Shown here: one piece after another, positions 1 through 12,790 of the stretch
Position numbering within the stretch: position 1 is the first letter of the stretch
How the letters are laid out: every line of letters starts with the position of its first letter
Source: Klebsormidium nitens
Lineage: Eukaryota > Plantae > Klebsormidiophyceae
DNA length: 64,000 nucleotides
Assembly (NCBI GenBank): GCA_000708835.1
Contig: DF237074.1
Location: 62,001-126,000 of the forward strand
Direction of reading: 5' to 3'
The notes under the pieces: model-generated
What the model was told of the DNA's origin: nothing
The model's input: the letters and a program-made list of their open reading frames with translations, nothing else
The model's database searches: none
Position numbers and translations under genes: made by a program

Positions 1-943
1 AGCACGGGCTGGGCAAAGGTTGTACCGCAAAGTGCGCTAAGAGAGGGGCTGCACTGTACGTTCTGGAAAAGTCAAAGCGAGCGACTCAGAAAAGGGGCCG
101 AGATTCATCCTTGCGCGGGCCTTGCGCACTGGTCAAGCCGGGCCGGGAACCAGCTGATCGGCAAAGCGCGGGTTTCCATAGCATATTTGACGGCAGTACC
201 GAGTGGCTTCTACATCGTTAAGGGTAACAGATCAGAGACGATCCGCCAAGTTGTTCTGTTACCCGAACAGAAACGATCCACCGCAGCCGACGTCACGAAC
301 AGGGACCGCTTCAGCATCCGGCTGACGCGGCTCGCCCCAAATTGCTCTATTTCGAATCGGACTCAGCCGCGCGTTTGCGCAACCGCTTCCCCGTCCTGCG
401 CGCCACCTTTCGCACTGGCCGGGCTGACTTGCCCGTCCTTGTCTGTGTGTTTGTCTTAGACCAGGTTTCCGACCCGGGTTTTCACGTTCACCGTCAGGCT
501 CTCGTCACCCGTCCCGTTCTGAGCAGCCTGCAGGAGCGACCGCCGCCGCCCCGAGGGGGTCTCGCCTGGGCGGACGCTGACACCCCCGGCGCGTATGAAG
601 CTCGCCGCGCGCTCCAGGTCCGAAGGGCGCGAGTCGCACAGCCGAAAAGTGAGCGCGGTGTCGAGCCGGCTTAGGACCTCTCGCCCGGCTGCCGCCTTCG
701 ACAAAAGTTTCGAGCCAGGGAAAAGGGCGACGAAGGTGGTACTAGAAGAGAGCCCGGTGATATTTTCCGGGGGAGGCCCTAGGGGGGGTGGCATTCCGCG
801 GAGCCGACGAAGTGGTTGTGGTCGAAGGAACAGGTCCAGCGGGAGAAAGAGAAGGAAACGGCATTTGCTGCAGTGACATAGACGGGGGGAAGCGGCGCCG
901 CAAAGGAAGGGGAGCTTGTGAGAGATGAAGCCGCACTGGCCAT
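1..943 (-). pseudogene. Disrupted or atypically spliced protein-coding gene of unknown product, possibly plastid-targeted; may run off the left edge
   Basis: ATG at 943 gives a Ser/Ala/Pro-rich, transit-peptide-like N-terminus (MASAASSLTSSPSFAAPLPP) that stops at 779-781, right after a C7 run (782-788). One extra C would fuse it to the frame of ORF 456..794. That frame keeps high GC3 through two in-frame stops (TAA 456-458, TGA 363-365) into RVSRMLKRSLFVTSAAVDRFCS. No family recognised. Confidence 0.3.
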
Positions 944-2812
944 GGTTTCACTTCCAAACAATTATGTAGGTCTTTTCAGGGTTCGTCCACTTTCAGTTCA
1001 CAAAATAAAGAAACTCTTCTTGCATCGTCTTGCCTGAAGTGGGTTCGTTTTTGTCGTTGCCAGATTGAATGAAATCCACAAGAGTTCTTACTTGAGCACT
1101 TCAAAATCAAAGCGAACCGGCACAACCGGATATGCTCATGGAACAGAGCTGAATCAATCTCTTGGCAGTGGCCGGCAAAGCTTCAGCACCCCTGTCGGGA
1201 TGGTTTCAGTTGTCGAGGGCCTTGTGCTGACTGCCTTTTCAAGTTGTTGATTCAGGGGGGGATCCCCATAACGCCCGTTCTTCACAGCATTCAAGATGGG
1301 TGAAGCAAGGGCCTGACACAACTCTAAGTTGCGAGGTCAGGAAAAGGTAGTCACCCTGTCATGCAAGCCCCAAGCGCTGCAGCTTGTTGACCCAGCAAGC
1401 TAGTTACTGCCCCAATTCACATTGCCCGTGAACTTCACCAAGCTGAAACCTGTTGCAGGTGCAATTGCTGGCCCAGGTGCGTATCATCTGACAACCAAGT
1501 AGCTGCTGAAATTAGACAAAGGCGGGCCACAAGATTGCAGAATGCTGGACTTGAAGGGGCCAACTCTTGTCCTGAGCGGCCCTGATGAAGAAGTTGTTGC
1601 GCCAGAAGACTTGAGAGGATGGAGTGCAATTTTTCACAGCTTGGCGGGATGGCACCGGTGCAGCTACTCAAGTGTACAAATACCTTCAAGGCCCCAGTGG
1701 CTGAAGAACTGCCACCAAAGTGGCCTCACTTACGAGATGCCAACAAGACAGCTCAACGGACCAAGGGGGATCCTAATCAGCATCAAGCTGGTAGTTACGG
1801 TCATGTGCTTGCATCTGAGTATTTCATCAACTAAAATGGTGCTGTGAAGCATGTGTGGCGTGGGGCTACGTCTGTGAACCCGCAAGCTGACACCCGCGCG
1901 AGTCCTGGCTTCACTCCAGACGAGCTGCAAAGCTCCATTGTGCAATCTAAGAAGAGCTGCCCTCAGACTGCTGTGTTCGAAACTTTGGGGCGGGACTTTT
2001 CTTCTCTTCCTTCTTAGCTGGAAGGAAGAGATTCAGAAACTTGACGAGCCATGCATTGCCATGATGCACCTTGAAGCAAGCGTATGCAACGATAGCTTTC
2101 GCACTAGACCCTGCCAATTGAATGCGGCACCGTGCCAGTGCGCCGTAGTACCTAGGTACTAGATGGGTCATCTCAGATCTGTTGATCTGAGCTCTGCACA
2201 GTGCATCATGCATGCACATTGCTCAGTCCTTCGCTGCATTATGTGCAGAGGACCAGCTTCTTCCGAGCAACCTGCTAGCTTTAGTGAAATTATTAGTGTA
2301 ACTTAGTCGGTCCGTTGCCGAGTGAAATTAGTCTGATTTAGATGACACTAAAACTAGCAGGTTGGTCGGGAGAAGCTGGCTGAGCCCGCGACCGCCGGTG
2401 CGCACTGCGAGCGTCTGTCCTGCAATTTGTCAACGACCCGACTCGGGACTCCGTTTAATAGCATATAAGAGAAGCGTACCTGCTGTAATATGGTCTACTA
2501 CCATACGTCCGACTCTCGACTTTCAATATTCGAAGGCCGGAGAATGTATGGCATATATTACGTCAAAATGACAAGATCTGTAAACATATAACCCGAGCGT
2601 GGGTCATGTAATATGTATTGGAAGTTGCAATTTCGACTTAAAGGTATCCGGAGCGAGCTGCGACAAGAACGTCGAGCTTGATTCTTGCAAGCTTGCATTC
2701 TTCCGGTGGGCGCCAGCCATTGCGCTATCTAGTAGTCTTGCCTCTTCGTCCTATTAGCTTGTATTTGGAGTTGCTGGGTGGTGCAGGCCCCTGGCGTTTT
2801 GCAGGTCACGAG

Positions 2813-5235
2813 ATGAAGGTAAAGCGGCAAAAGCAGGTCCGGAAGACCATTCGCTTTTACAAGGTTTGCTTTGGTTTCAAGGAGCCCTACAAGGTGCTGC
2901 TGGACGGCAATTTCATACACCAGAGCGTCCACTCGCAGTAAGTTCACAGCGGCCTCTGATTGCCACTCAGTAGACCTGCTGGTAATGGACTCAGGGACTT
3001 TGAACGTGCTATGATTGTACAAGCCCCAACGCGATGACAAGGTGGTGGTTACATCAATCAGAATACGGCTTTTGCAATGAGAGTCTTCTCATTGGGGAAT
3101 CTTAGCACCATCTTGTAGACTGATTGGAAGATTAGAATGTTGCCTGATTTTCAGAATTTTTGAAAGGGTTATCACTTCACCGCGCATGCCACTGTTCAAG
3201 AAGGACAAACGAGCTCTCGGCGCGATGACATGGCGGTGCGCCTCTGAATTGACCTAACTCCTGGCCACCTTTCAGGGCCGCTGGTCAAGGCGCCATCCGG
3301 GACGTTCTGCACAAGTTCTTCAGCGGCGCCACCAAGCCGATGGTCACTCGCTGCATCAGCGCTGAGCTCAGAGCGCTGGGCCCAGAGTTTGCGAGTGAGT
3401 GCTTGGTCGGGCTTGCTGTTGCTGGACCGGCGCTCCGATATGGCTCTCTGTTTCTGCCTGGCTATGGCATGTCAGCCCCATCCATACAATTGCTGGACCG
3501 GCGCTCCGATATGGCTCTCTGTTTCTGCCTGGCTATGGCATGTCAGCCCCACCTCTGTATGGATGGGGAGCAAAAAGGCTTTTTCCATTTACACCACCCT
3601 CTGGTCCAAAGGAAAAAGACTTTCCTGAAAAGCTCAGTGCTTCCTTGAGTTTACTCGTTCGGAGTCAAGATAAACTTCCAACCGTAGATAAGGAAAAAAT
3701 GGTGTGCTTCTTAGCTTGATTCGGTACAAAGTCAAAAGTTATGTCCAAAAGGTAAAGCACATATATCAGGATCTGTGGGTATAAGCAGATGCGTCCGTTG
3801 AATGCTTCCCGCTGTGTCCACTTTTGATGTATCACCCTTAAATGGAAATGGCGGCTGATTCGCTTGGATCTACGCGTCAGCATCCGGTGGGTCTGGAATA
3901 CCAGAACTTTCCTCACTCGCCACCTTATGTTTCCCTCTGCCCAGAAAGCTCTAGCGCGGCTCGTACGCTCGACATGGCACGATGCATCCACGAGACGCCC
4001 GTCCCTGCGTCCGAGTGCGTCCTCTCCATGGTTGGACAGGACAACCACGAGCACTTCTTCGTGGCGTCGCAAGACGCAGAGCTTCGAAAACGGCTCAGAA
4101 CAGTTCCCGGGACAGCCCTTCTCTTCCTGTCAACGGCGGGCCTAATTCTAGAACCCCCGTCCGAGACGCAGCAAAAAGTAGCGAAGCTGGTGAGAAGCAA
4201 CCTTGTCATCTTGGCTCGCGATAGTTCCCCTCGATCTTCCTGAATGGTCGAAGAAGGATCGAAGGCTGAGAGACTTTTGATGAATCAAAGGGTTGTCAAG
4301 CTGGTACATTCATACGTCCGAAGGCTGTCCCCAATCGACGTTCTAATTGAGGTCGACGCCTCAAACGGTCCTGCAATGCATGAGTCTGTCAACCAGCACC
4401 TGTCCCTTTTGAAAAAACTTCCTGACTGCGAAATTGATCTCCTCACTTCATACGCGGCAACTTGTAAGTGTCGTCGCGTCACTTTCTATCAAGACTCCAC
4501 ATTCAGCGCCCGTTCTTCGTCTCTGGTCGAATCTTGACTTTTGGATGCTTCTTCTTATTCGCAGAGCGAGGCAGAGAGGCTGCACCTGAACGAACGGGAG
4601 CAGAGGGCGGCCCTTCGACAACTAGAAGCGGCGCAGGCTGCGGTGCCAGCGCCAGTAGAAAGTCCGGCTGCGGAGGCGCCCCAGTCGGAACACCCCGAGG
4701 CCCGCGGACAAGAAGCGGCGCCCGGGCCAAGGAAGCGCAAGCGGCCAAAGGGCCCGAACCCCTTGTCGATGAAGAAGAAGAAGGCGGAAGATGGAAAAGG
4801 GGGATCGAAACAGGTGAGCAGGCTTACGTAAAATCCTCCTTTCGGCAAAGGCTTTGTCGCACGGCCAAGTGGCCAGGGGCGTATGTTGTGAGCACTAAGC
4901 GTTGACGGATGCTGACGAGAAATGGAGTTCCTTTAAGGGTGTGGAATGAGAAGCAGGACGGTGTCCTTGTGAAGTTTTAATTTCTGGCAGTACTAGGTCG
5001 GGTCTGCGGGGGTGATGCCGTCCCAAGCCCTTGCGTCGACCATTCTTGTATGGAAGCACTTGGACAACGGCGTTTGAACATTCAGGGGTCTGAGTTGTGG
5101 CCTGCCTTTGCAAGCAAAAAAGAGGCCGCTGGTTGGCACTCCCCCTTTCTCCAGATTTCGCAGTCAGGCGGAGCCGAAGGCCGACCAAAGAAGCGGAGTA
5201 GACAGAGGCGAAAGAAAAACGCCACGGATACCTGA
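2813..5235 (+). CDS. UTP23: rRNA-processing protein UTP23 (PIN-domain, Fcf1/Utp23 family), 5 exons, about 272 aa
   Basis: Exons 2813-2937, 3276-3394, 3945-4189, 4565-4813, 5155-5235, all GT-AG and phase-consistent. Motifs: MKVKRQKQVRKTIRFYKVCFGFKEPYKVLLDGNF, FFVASQDAELRKRLRTVPG, C-terminal RKRKRPKGPNPLSMKKKK. Confidence 0.93.
3419..3551. repeat. Perfect 62-bp direct repeat (3419-3480 and 3490-3551) in UTP23 intron 2, with a 9-bp spacer
   Basis: Both copies read ttgctggaccggcgctccgatatggctctctgtttctgcctggctatggcatgtcagcccca with no mismatch. Confidence 0.97.
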
Positions 5236-5890
5236 CGAAACGTCTTTTGCAGTGTGACCAATAAGGTTCTAGCTTATGCAAGATTGTCACAGAGGCCACG
5301 AGCTTGGTGTCAAGCTTCCGAGGATTCAAGAATTGCAATATGCATTTGGATTAACACTGTGCGGAAGCTTCTGCCAAGAATAGCAGATTGTTAATCAAGT
5401 CATCCGTTGTCCCAGATACTGCATGGGCAACCATGCAACATTTGTATCTCGGAGGTGGTCCTTTGGCGTTACTGACTTTCAAAGCTGCTTGTAAGCGAGA
5501 TGCACATTACATCGTCGTTAAATTGCAATTATGATATCGAAAGATCTGCCAGATTGCGGCCGCCCACTCAGCTTCGCCTTAATGATCAAATCGCACCAGA
5601 TGTTGATCATGGATAGAAACTTGTAATCCAAGAAAGATATTGGGAAGCGATACATATCGGTCAAGTCCGGGGCTTGCGAGACTCTGCCCTAAGTTGAAGT
5701 TGCACGCGCGTGAGTCTCCTTATCAGTGTTTGATTCCCTCAACGCTCCTTAAATATCAATCGCTTGCGCTTGCCACGCGTCGCACATGCACACATGTGAG
5801 ATTGAGCAGCAATGATATCTCTAGCCTGCGGGCCAATCTAAAATCGACCCCATGACGCCAAATGCACAAATAAGTGCGCTGCCGGCTTCT

Positions 5891-5998
5891 AACACGTGTT
5901 GATTCTTCGTCCGGACGAAGAGTACACGATCCTTCGAAAATGAATTCAGCTTAAACTATTAAAGGGCCCTTAAATATCTACATCCTGCGAAGGATGTA
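5891..5998. repeat. Intergenic cluster of short palindromes and hairpins
   Basis: aacacgtgtt (5891-5900), tcttcgtccggacgaaga (5904-5921, perfect 18-mer), tgaattca (5941-5948), aagggccctt within ttaaagggcccttaa, and tacatcct-gcga-aggatgta (5979-5998, 8-bp stem with GNRA-type loop). Confidence 0.8.
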
Positions 5999-6568
5999 TT
6001 CATTGTTTCCGACACGTGAAGTATTCGAAACCATGATATGAATGACGCATCTCCTTGGACAAGTAAAGTGTGTGCACCATAAAAAACGTTGGATCATTGA
6101 TATGGATGCGCTTTCGCGACTCAGCTACAGGTATATATACGCTAGTAGAAGTCATACGGTAGCCTAGAAAGGCATTATATAGCGCCCCGCGCGGCCGCGA
6201 CTGCATTCGGACCGTTGTGCGTTACAACTTACAATTCCAGGTTCCGCACTAGTTGCGAGTGTGTCGAAAACCCTGAAAATTCGCGTTATCGATATCGCAA
6301 ATGCCAGTGAGTCAGCAGTCTCCAGTGACGAGCTGCTCAGCAGAATTATTCTCAGAATAACAAATAGGGTGTCCGTAGGACGTCCGAAAACGTCCATCCC
6401 AAACCCTGGATGCGGTATAGTAGGTAATGCCGGCCGCGTGCGCGCTTTCGCGAAACTGACGAGACAACAGCGCGGCCAGGCGCGTATCTGCTTCTTCATT
6501 CTATACCAGTGAGTAGGCCGCTCGAGAAGCAGCATAGGCGCCCACCCAACGTACGAGCCATAGCAGGC

Positions 6569-7508
6569 ATGCAGGACCTTCCAGATGCCGCAATTCTTTT
6601 GGTGCTCACCAAGCTCGCAGTCCAGGATCCCCTTTCTCTGTTGCTGGCTAGCCGCGCATGCCAGGCCTTCCGCCGTGTCGCGACAGACAACCCTGGCATC
6701 TGGAAGACGGCCTTTAATGGAGCACCTCTTTGGCAAAGCCTGCCTCATCAAGTGACTTTGCTCTATGAAAAGCAGAGCGCAGAGTTAGAAGCATTCCTAA
6801 AGGACCTGGAACTTCTGGATGATTTGCAATTGACTGGATACAAGAATTTTTTAAGCACGGGTGACGAAGCGGAATGGTCCACCAGAAAAGCGCCAAACGC
6901 TCAGGGAGGTGCTGAAAACTTTGCGGGCTGATGTTGCCAGCTATTTCTTTGTGCTCAGAGTGCGCGGAAGCATCCTTCTTTGGGGCTCTCATGGTCCTGT
7001 GTCGGGCCAGGAGTTGGAGAGACTTGCGTGGTCAGGTCATCCGAATCTTCAGGTACTGCGAACGTCCGGCAGATCGTTACACGCCTTGTATTCCATGGAG
7101 AAGGTGTACCAGGGTATCAGAAGTGCATGTTGGCCCAGTCTACGTCCTCTGTCTCTGGATCTGTACGCCATTTTTGGGAGGTCGACCGAAGGATCTCGGC
7201 CAATGAGAGTCGGGCTTTCTCTCTGGCAAAGTTGTCCTGGGAAATGCGCAGCGTACCGGACTGAGGATCCTGTGGAGGCCGCGAATCCAATGGAATATTT
7301 CCTTCTTGACATGCCGCTCGAGCCCATTGCCTTTTGGCCTAATATGCAGATCATGAAAGCTATTCCCATGCTTCTTACTTTGAACGAAATTGAAGCGCAG
7401 CAAGAAACGTCAGCTCGATCGCAAAGCAGATTAGAGAAGGAGCAGGAATACGACCAGCTGTTTGACACAATCAGTCCGTACTCCATGGACCTTTGGTTAC
7501 ATAACTAG
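6569..7508 (+). pseudogene. F-box protein gene split across two overlapping frames (frameshift, or a 25-nt GT-AG mini-intron)
   Basis: F-box-like N-terminus MQDLPDAAILLVLTKLAVQDPLSLLLASRACQAFRRVATDNPGIW in ORF 6509..6931. The coding-like continuation (ADVASYFFVLRVRGSILLWG...) is in the +1 frame (ORF 6861..7508). The switch must lie after the TAA at 6852-6854. Confidence 0.6.
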
Positions 7509-8639
7509 AACATAGGGATGCTTTAACATAGAGAGGCCCAGAACTCCTTCAGCTGACTTTATCAGTGGTCAAATGCAAAGCAGATTAGACTGACTGCTTT
7601 TTGATTCTTCGGTGAGTGCAAGAATCGATAGTTGTGGTCTTCTACATACAATCAACGGTTTGCAGATTCTTGATACCCGGGCCGACGAACATCTAGCTGC
7701 GCCAATCACTTCATGTGCATCATGGTATACTACAGGGGAAACCTGGAAATACGTACAGCAAGTTTGTCTTCGTGATGTCATGAAGCCTGAGGTAAGATCG
7801 TGCAATTAGTTGTACCGTCAGGATGCAGCGGATGACTTTTATGGCATTTATTGGGTGAACAAAAGCTCGTGGCTCTCCTGCTGCTATGCAACCAACCCTC
7901 TATCTAGAACTGAAGGTAAGCTGCATGGCTATGCTCTATATGACCCATACATAAGCGAGACCCTGAGTCTTGAAGCAATCATGTGCATGTGTCACATGCA
8001 ATATATGTTTGCATGCTTCAGATCATTCAGTCATGCGTCCGTGCCGGACGGCCGCACAGGCCAGTTGCCAGGCTGCATGGTCGCCCTCTGCCTGAGCGCG
8101 CCAGCTAGATATGCACATAAGCGCAGGTCGTCCGCGTCGCAGCGCGTCAGTGTACTGAACGCTTGGGTTTGCAACTGGCCGCAACCGTGCCAGCAAGCTT
8201 TGGCAATGATGGCCACCACATTCCCGCGCTTGCACGCGGCGCGCTAATCTGCAGTCCGACAACCTTGCCCGGTTGCATTGCATGATAGCTGTCAATTCTT
8301 CAAGCTCTAGTCGCTGTTCCAATGGTCCAGGACTCCATCCAAAATCATGTACTGGCAAGTGACCATCATGGCATTACAACTGGATTCAAAAGCAGGCGTT
8401 ATTTGGTGCAAATATGCTATGAATTCGCAACGAGCTCCAGCCGGTCTCCGGGCGGCAAGATGGATGCAAGTAAGTGCGAAACCAGCTCCGTCAGATCGAA
8501 CTCTAAGAATGTCAAGCCGGAACACATGACTTGCGGCCAACTCAACCACGCTTCAAAGTCGGCCTAATCACAACGGACGCTCCAAGCACTGGATGTTGCG
8601 GTCCGCAAACGCTAGGACCCCAGGACTCTGCTCCGTAGG

Positions 8640-11600
8640 CTACAGGTGTGCTTTACTTAACGTCAGCAGCTCACGCGTCGCAAAAATCTTGTTCGCTGCT
8701 GCCAGACCACTCAGAATGGCACTTTCAACCCGAGGCCCTAAACAGTAGTCCCCACATGCCGCAACCCGTTTGCTCTCATCCCACAAGCATGCCTCCCCCG
8801 GGTTGGCAATCGCGACTGCGGGAAACCCCCCTCCCCTGCACGGCAGCCCAAGCGTATTAGACACCGTACCAGTGGCCCCGTTGCTGAGAAGACAACGGTC
8901 ACAAACTCAGTCACAGTTACAGGGTACTTCCTGTCTTCCCTCGTCCTTTTGCTGCAAATCCTTTGCTCATTACGAAAATCGATCGGATCTGGAGACGAAT
9001 CATGTAAGAGAGTTTTCATGACTCCTGTTCAACATGATTCACGAGCGGGCCCAGGCGGCGACCGGCAAACCGACGAAGACGTACGTCGTTCGCTGGTCAC
9101 CTCAAAAGCAAGCCACCAAAAAGAAAAACGTTTCCGTTAACATGCTTCCCTACCATCTGTGCGCCCGTGCGAACAAAGGCTCTGGCATCTCGGGTACGAT
9201 CTCCCGGAACCCAGCCAACATATCCTCCGCAATTTCGCCCAACCATTCGGCGCTCGGCTTCCCGGCCGGCCCCTCCTCCACCCGGCGCTTCGCATAGTCC
9301 CCGTTCGAGTGCAGCACCCAGCACTCCGGGGCGCCCGGTTCCTTCAACCGACCGGGCTTGGCGCTGTCCCGGCCAGCCCAAACCAGGGTTTTGTGGTTTC
9401 GAACGTCCAAACCGTCGAATGGGAGTTGGGTTAGGGGTTGTTTGAAAGCGAGCATAAGGGCGAAGCTGGGGATGCTCGAGACGGCGGCCACTCGGGCGAA
9501 CAGCTCGGGGACTCCGGCAGACTCTGCCGAAAGGAGTGGTGGGCGGTTGGTTGTCTGCCCCAGGCTGGGGTGTTGGAAGCAGAGAAAGTTGCGGGGACTC
9601 ATTGAATAGGGCGTTCAAAGTGTGAGAGACGGAGTGTATGTTCAAATGAAGGAGCCAGAGTGACTCTAGCAGACTTTTTCCGGGGGACTTTCCCTATGGC
9701 TTCCTTCTCTGGACTGCAATTTGGTACAAAGACAAAGTCCCGCTCAACTGTCAGACGTTCTATGATATCAAGCGATTCAAAAGCAATCGCACGTTGTACC
9801 GTTTGCATACTAATGGTAGGCCTGCGACGGGTCGAAACTGCCCCGCCGCTTGCAAACTCGACATGCCTCGCCAGAACCATCCTCCTCGCTCGTGGAACAG
9901 ATCGAATTTGCCGTGGCGTCTGTGTGCAAAAGAAGCGCATTGTGCGATTGTCAAGCCGTATGTGCCATCTTAAAGCTTTCGGATTCCAGGAGTTCGGCAG
10001 CTTTTTGGACTACCGACCTAAGGGCGGAGGCAGACCCGCGTTGAGTGCGGAGAACCGTGGGCTGGCCAAGTTCTTGTCGGTGACAACCAGAGCGGCATAC
10101 GTCCCAAGCGCCGCCCCGTCCTTCCCTGTCAGAAGCCACCGGCCGTCCCGCCACTCGAGCCCAGTCACAGCAGTGCCAAGGCGGGCAGAGACGCCTGGAA
10201 AATAGAACATGACGTCAGAAAGAGTGGGGAAGACCAAGCGCTTGTCGGCTGGATTGGCATTGATTGAACTTTGAGAACAGAAGCGATACGCCGACCAAGA
10301 AGACGGTAACACCCAAGGAGGCAAGTGTACGATAACAGATTCAAAGAGCGTCAAGACTTTGCCATTTCGTTGCACCACAGTGCAAGTGTTTCGTCAAACG
10401 GAGACATTCTTGGACTACCTACTTGAAGCGAGCGCATGGTCAACTGTTGTTCTACTCAGCCCGTTTAGGTCCAATAAACTGCTCGAGGTCTTCCGCTCTA
10501 CGAAGGACTTTTAAACTCTGACAAGCAGCAGATTTCGGACCAGGGCTTACCTGGCTGTGAACTCAGGTGTTGACAGATGGCGTTCATGCCCGGCACGCCA
10601 ACATAACGAACCTTTGAGTCGGCCTGCAGGAAGTAAGACAAATTCGCAACAGATATACATTTCTGCATTTGGGCGCTTCAACTTAGCGGGGCTGAAAGAA
10701 CTCCCGGGGCACTTAGCGATTTTACAGTCCGTTTGAGATCATGTTCCTGTCCAACGAAGGAGATGGAGGTGTCTCAATTTGCGTTCGTTCAGTCAATGTT
10801 TCGAATACTCATCTTCTTGAATTTGACTCAGCCCCCCCACCACGAGTGCCATCCTCCATCTGATGCCTCGAATAAGTACAAACCATTTTCTCGCAGATCT
10901 CTGTAAGACGCTGTGATTTGACACCTAGACGCCCTTAAAGTGGGCGCACGTCGTCATACTGACGGTATCACCGGATCGTGACAGCTACAGAGGCAATCAA
11001 TTTATACCTTCCGATAAATCCACCTCAGTAGTTTGTACCGCCCGATTAGAAGGCTCTCGAGCCCTACGCCCACTCTAAGCTCGAGAAAGGAAAGCAGAAC
11101 CAAAGACTGATTGCCGCACCTCCTCGGGCACGAACCCCTTGCCCGCCTCCCAAGTGCCGAGGCGGGGCGTCCAGGGTGCGGCCACCCCCGCAGCAACCCA
11201 CTCTTGAACGAGGGCCTGCACTGCCAGGTCCTTGGCGCTGAAGTACTGCGCGCCATGATCGAAACGGAGCTGCTCCCCTGTCTCGAGGGTCTGTCTGTGG
11301 GGAAGCCAAAGTTTCCGGTAGGACAGTTTCTAAGATGGAGATGAGGAATCTGAAGTTTTCTTTAGCTAAATTCGTTTTGAGATGAGAGATGAGGAATCCA
11401 AAGTTTCCCTTAGGATAGGTTCAGAGATGATGGGGGGATATTGGAAGCTTTGCGCCAGGTGGTAAGGTTGATGAGGAGAGAATATCAGAGTGGGAGCAGC
11501 AAGGAACCATGTATATTCCAAGTCGAGTAGTGATTCAGCGTGGCAGAGATGGGCGTACGACCCCGTCACATTCACATCGTGTGGAGGTGTTGGGATCAGA

Positions 11601-12479
11601 GCATGGTGTTTGTCTCAGGGGGCGGAATAGAACAGGGGCGGACTGCTGACTCTTTGGAGAAAGAAGGTTTCAAGTTGTGGGGCCCTGTTTCAACAGAAAA
11701 CAGAACCGGTCCAATCAGCAACAGCTGAAGACATACCTGCGAGTGGACATGCGCCCTCCAGGACCTCTGGCCTGCTCAAAGACGGCCACCGGAACGCCAG
11801 CTTTGGCCAGGGCGGACGCACAGGACAACCCACACACTGCAAAGACACGGTGTGAGATGTGTCAGATTGTCAGAATTAGATGAGCACGAGTGCAGGACTG
11901 GAATGGTTCGCTGGCTTGTCTCTAAGGTGACTCCCCAGAAGAGATGCGAAAATGGGAAAGTCAAGTTGAAAGGGCTCTGCCTGCCTTTCTTAGAGGGGCA
12001 ATCAATCTGACAAGGCAGAGAAGACCACATTCTAGAGTGTTGCTCATTAATATTGGGAAGAAGGTGCCCCAGTAGCGATCAGAACTGGTTTTGAGCTGCA
12101 GTCTTAGGACTCAACCGCCACTGTCGCTCAGCTGCCAAGCAGATTGATACAGTTTCTCACCACCAGCCCCGATGACTGCCACTTGCGCGTGCTCGCCCCC
12201 TGCAGACATGGTGTGAACGCCCCTCGACCACCCCTGCTCCCTCAAATTTTTGACCTGTGATTCAACAGAGCCCCTTCTAGAAAGGGAAGTGGATCCAAAT
12301 GTGCTGATATTGAGGCCAGTGACTGCCGCAGGAGGTCTGATCAGGCTACGGAAAGCAGCTCTGTGCAATGCTGCGAGCAGGTTTGGCGAGCGGTGGCGGG
12401 TTGTGGCTGCACTTCTGAAGGCCGAGGCTTGGATGCAAACGCCAGTGGGGTGCCCTAATCTGCACGTCAGCTGCATCAT
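8640..12479 (-). CDS. Renalase-like FAD/NAD(P)-binding oxidoreductase with probable organelle transit peptide, 7 exons, about 469 aa
   Basis: Exons 12479-12161, 11836-11737, 11294-11120, 10623-10551, 10194-10018, 9523-9154, 8835-8640, phase-consistent. Motifs: Rossmann VAVIGAGVCGLSCA, FEQARGPGGRMSTRR, FDHGAQYF, RYVGVPGMNAI, AHRWG, ACGDYCLGPRVESAILSGLAAA. Start codon uncertain (12479 or 12209). Confidence 0.88.
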
Positions 12480-12790
12480 CTCCCTCAATGCGCTGAAGTC
12501 CTCACAAAAGTCTTGCGCAATGTAGATGATGAAAAGCCCCTCCTTGATCCATTTTAGCGTCTAGAGCAAGGGCTGCCGGCTCGGTTAGCGGAACCTGGTT
12601 GACACCAGAACGCATCTGTTTCCCAATATTGAGATGAGAATAGCATATTGTGTCCTTAATCAGGACGGTTTTAGCAACGGTTTGCCAAGGTTGTAACAGG
12701 TAAACTTCCTCTCTATCTTGGTGCGTCTCTTCTAGCCACGCTGTGCAAGGAACCTGCAGCAAGCTTTCCAGTTACTTTTTTACCCAGGGT

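Noticed and set aside
560-625. YrdC/Sua5 similarity in DLERAASFIRAGGVSV
   Set aside because: The following conserved PTETVYGL motif is absent.
1403-2219. Coding-like fragments (ORFs 1542..1847, 1619..1834, 1947..2219)
   Set aside because: I could not build a phase-consistent spliced model or recognise a family; possibly a decayed gene, so no call is made.
3419-3551. CRISPR-like repeat-spacer-repeat
   Set aside because: Only two 62-bp copies with a 9-bp spacer inside a eukaryotic intron, and no cas genes; it is a simple tandem duplication.
7810-8567. Overlapping short ORFs between the F-box and renalase-like genes
   Set aside because: No recognisable domain or consistent splice structure.
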